Source: a candidate division WOR-3 bacterium
GTDB lineage: Bacteria > SDB-A
Assembly (NCBI GenBank): GCA_016934535.1
Contig: JAFGSQ010000015.1
Span: forward strand, 1-58,839
Direction: 5' to 3'
Length of the DNA: 58,839 nt
Shown here: positions 56,679 through 58,839 of the stretch, piece by piece
How positions within the stretch are numbered: the first letter of the stretch is position 1
Layout: each line of letters begins with the position of its first letter
The notes under the pieces: model-generated
What the model was told of the DNA's origin: nothing
What the model saw: only the letters and a program-made list of their open reading frames with translations
Database searches by the model: none
Made by a program: the position numbers and the translations under genes

Positions 56679-58361
56679 GTGAAAAAAAATATCGTATTTA
56701 TCTTCATTCTTATAATTGTCCCGATAATTCTCTATTTTCAAACTCTAAAGTTCGGATATGTCAACTGGGACGACTCTTATCTACTTGTGGACAATGCGTC
56801 CTTCTTTGAAAAACCTTCAAACATTTTCGCTTCTTTTACAAAAGATTTGTCTCTTTCGACCAATGACCAAAATAAAATATTCTACAGGCCGTTAATGCTC
56901 GTGTCTTACGTCATTGAATACCAGTGGGCAAAAGAAAATCCCCGGTCATATCATTTGACAAATGTCATTTTTCATATAGTTTCGACCCTTTTGCTGTTCT
57001 TTTTCCTCCGGCAGTTGAAAGTTTCTGAAAGGTCAAGTTTTTTTCTGTCCCTGATTTTCTCTGTCCATCCCTTGACGGTCCAGTCCGTGGCGTGGATTCA
57101 GGGCAGGAACGATTCTCTTCTTTTGATTTTTCTCCTTTTGTCGCTTATATCCCTTGAAAAATTGAGAAAAAAATTCTCTTGGCTCATCCTGACTTCACAT
57201 TTTTTGGCATTTTCAGCGGCACTCCTGACAAAGGAATCAGCTCTGTTATTCCCTGCCGTATATCTGGCTTATTTGGCCTTGGTCCAAAAAGAAAAAATTT
57301 TTACGAAAAGAAACGCCCTTTTATCTGCGGGTTGGTTAGCAATTACAACCTTATGGTTTTTCTTCAGAAGTATGGTTATACATTTAGGATTCAGAGGATT
57401 TTACTCGGTTAAAGATATGGCTCTCGGAATTCTAAGTTATTCCGGAAAGCTTGTCTTTCCGTTTGATCTTTCTCCTTACCCTGTACCGGAAAATGTCTTT
57501 CCGATTTACGGTGTGCTTGTCTTGTCATTTATAGTGCTATTGGTTACTTTTAGAAAGATCAGGGATAAAAGTAAATTTTACTTCGGAGCATTATGGTTTC
57601 TGTCGTTGATAGGTGTAACTTTCGCAAGAGGTTTTACGACAGCAAGTTTTATAGAAACGAGAATTTATCCAGCCCTCCCGGGGGTTATGCTGATGATGGC
57701 TGAAATTGATCTCGGAAAAATATTGTCAAAGTATAAGTACGTGTTCTTTTTGTTCTTATTTGTACTTTTTTCTTCGGTCACTTATGTCTATTCGAAGGTT
57801 TACAGGGATCCTCTTTCCCACCAGATATTCGCTGTAAAATCCTCTCCAAACTCGTGGGTGACAAGACACAATCTCGCCCTTGAATATTTGAGAATTGGAA
57901 GGACCGACTTTGCCTACAACCAGATCAAGAGGGCTTATTCACTCAATCCACAGAATTCAACCCTTAATGCAAATTATGCCTTGATTTTGGAAAAGATGGA
58001 AATGACAGACAGCGCTCTTTTTTATTACAAAAAAGCGTTGTCTATAAATCCTCAAAACCTGAACGCTTTTAATAATACGGGGCTTATATATTATAATAAT
58101 GGTGAATACGACAGCGCCCAGAGATATTTTTCAGACGGATTGTTAATTTACTGCGGGGACGCAATCATGCACTTCAATTTGGCTAACACTTTTTTTATGA
58201 AAAAAGAATTCGGGTCTGCTAAAACAGAGTATTTAACGGTCATCGAACTGGATCCAACAAATAAAGAAGCTTTGAAATATTTGAGTTACACTTATAAAGA
58301 ACTCGGTTCAAATGATTCTGCTGAATATTACGAAAAGCTCTTTAATGAATCTTATCCCTGA
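56679..58361 (+). CDS. TMTC-like GT-C membrane glycosyltransferase with C-terminal TPRs
   Basis: NWDD, FYRPL, YHLTNV.FH, F.VHPL...SVAWI.GR.D, KE.A, R.Y; four or more TPR repeats. Confidence 0.85.
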   Translation: MKKNIVFIFILIIVPIILYFQTLKFGYVNWDDSYLLVDNASFFEKPSNIFASFTKDLSLSTNDQNKIFYRPLMLVSYVIEYQWAKENPRSYHLTNVIFHIVSTLLLFFFLRQLKVSERSSFFLSLIFSVHPLTVQSVAWIQGRNDSLLLIFLLLSLISLEKLRKKFSWLILTSHFLAFSAALLTKESALLFPAVYLAYLALVQKEKIFTKRNALLSAGWLAITTLWFFFRSMVIHLGFRGFYSVKDMALGILSYSGKLVFPFDLSPYPVPENVFPIYGVLVLSFIVLLVTFRKIRDKSKFYFGALWFLSLIGVTFARGFTTASFIETRIYPALPGVMLMMAEIDLGKILSKYKYVFFLFLFVLFSSVTYVYSKVYRDPLSHQIFAVKSSPNSWVTRHNLALEYLRIGRTDFAYNQIKRAYSLNPQNSTLNANYALILEKMEMTDSALFYYKKALSINPQNLNAFNNTGLIYYNNGEYDSAQRYFSDGLLIYCGDAIMHFNLANTFFMKKEFGSAKTEYLTVIELDPTNKEALKYLSYTYKELGSNDSAEYYEKLFNESYP

Positions 58362-58393
58362 TATATATTTGCATTTTGCAAAAATAATCTGTC

Positions 58394-58420
58394 GGTTCGC
58401 ATTCTGCGAGCCTTTTTTTT
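58394..58420 (+). terminator. Intrinsic terminator after the TMTC-like gene
   Basis: GGTTCGCA-TTC-TGCGAGCC followed by T8. Confidence 0.8.
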
Positions 58421-58472
58421 CATGTAAATTGCCATATTACACAAAAATGCGACTTATCAAACCAGATTAACT

Positions 58473-58488
58473 TGGAATGAAAATTGCT
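58473..58488 (+). promoter_or_regulatory. Sigma54 (-24/-12) promoter 3
   Basis: TGGAAT-GAAAA-TTGCT, GG-N10-GC spacing, about 35 nt upstream of the pilin. Confidence 0.68.
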
Positions 58489-58522
58489 TATTAAATATCG
58501 GCAATTATTCAAGGAGCTTATT

Positions 58523-58839
58523 ATGAAAAATAAAGGATTTTCCCTAATAGAACTGATGGTTGTCGTCGTAATAATAGGGATTCTTGCCGCCGTTGCGATA
58601 CCGAATTTTGTCAGGCTTCGCGACAGAGCAAAGGAAGCAGAAATAAAATCCAACGCACACACCCTCCACCTTTCCGTGGAAGAATACTCGACATCTGCAG
58701 ACGGATTTTACATAGACGAAGCTAACATGGCGTCTCTGTCAATGCTCGGAAGCCTTAAAAATCCGTTCAATCCCTCTGGAGCGGCTTGGTCGCCGGACGC
58801 TCCCGCCGAAGCAGGGTGCGTAAGCTACGATCACGACGG
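58523..58839 (+). CDS. Type IV pilin paralogue (partial; runs off the window end)
   Basis: Not in ORF track; AAGGAG SD; MKNKG|FSLIELMVVVVIIGILAAVAIPNFVRLRDRAKEAEIKSNAH...EEYST.ADG.Y...KNPF. Confidence 0.92.
   Translation, partial: MKNKGFSLIELMVVVVIIGILAAVAIPNFVRLRDRAKEAEIKSNAHTLHLSVEEYSTSADGFYIDEANMASLSMLGSLKNPFNPSGAAWSPDAPAEAGCVSYDHD

Overview
This is a 58.8 kb, densely packed bacterial chromosome segment using the standard genetic code. It most likely comes from a diderm of, or near, the FCB group. That placement is inference from LptE/Lnt, a Bacteroidota-type bS22 and histidine kinase, and four proteins with T9SS/FlgD-Ig-like C-terminal domains. The first 32 kb is mostly housekeeping: tRNA-Thr, lipA, purF, fmt, yajC, membrane pyrophosphatase, alr, lnt, lpdA, HU, tRNA-Arg, an ABC exporter and asparaginase. 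It also holds a 31-aa bS22-like gene missed by the ORF track and an ArnD-like / B12-radical SAM / DUF2723 glycosyltransferase trio. Two regions stand out. (1) 32.2-42.8 kb is an operon resembling the myxobacterial Agl-Glt motor core: YjbH-like barrel, TPR, GltD-like TPR lipoprotein, GltF-like, MotA/TolQ, two ExbD and GltG-like TonB-C. It is flanked by predicted cell-wall hydrolases and lies near a REC-DUF4388-pseudo-GTPase regulator. (2) 51-58.8 kb is an array of three type IV pilin paralogues, each behind its own sigma54-type promoter and a shared upstream motif. They are interleaved with secreted adhesin-like genes and a TMTC-like glycosyltransferase. One paralogue has a Sec-type leader instead of the prepilin helix, and one low-GC gene is bracketed by a duplicated terminator and preceded by a (CT)12 tract. 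Between the two regions lie B12-type uptake genes with cobO, glgA and groES-groEL. No CRISPR array, integrase or transposase was seen. All family calls are from motif recognition, not database searches.
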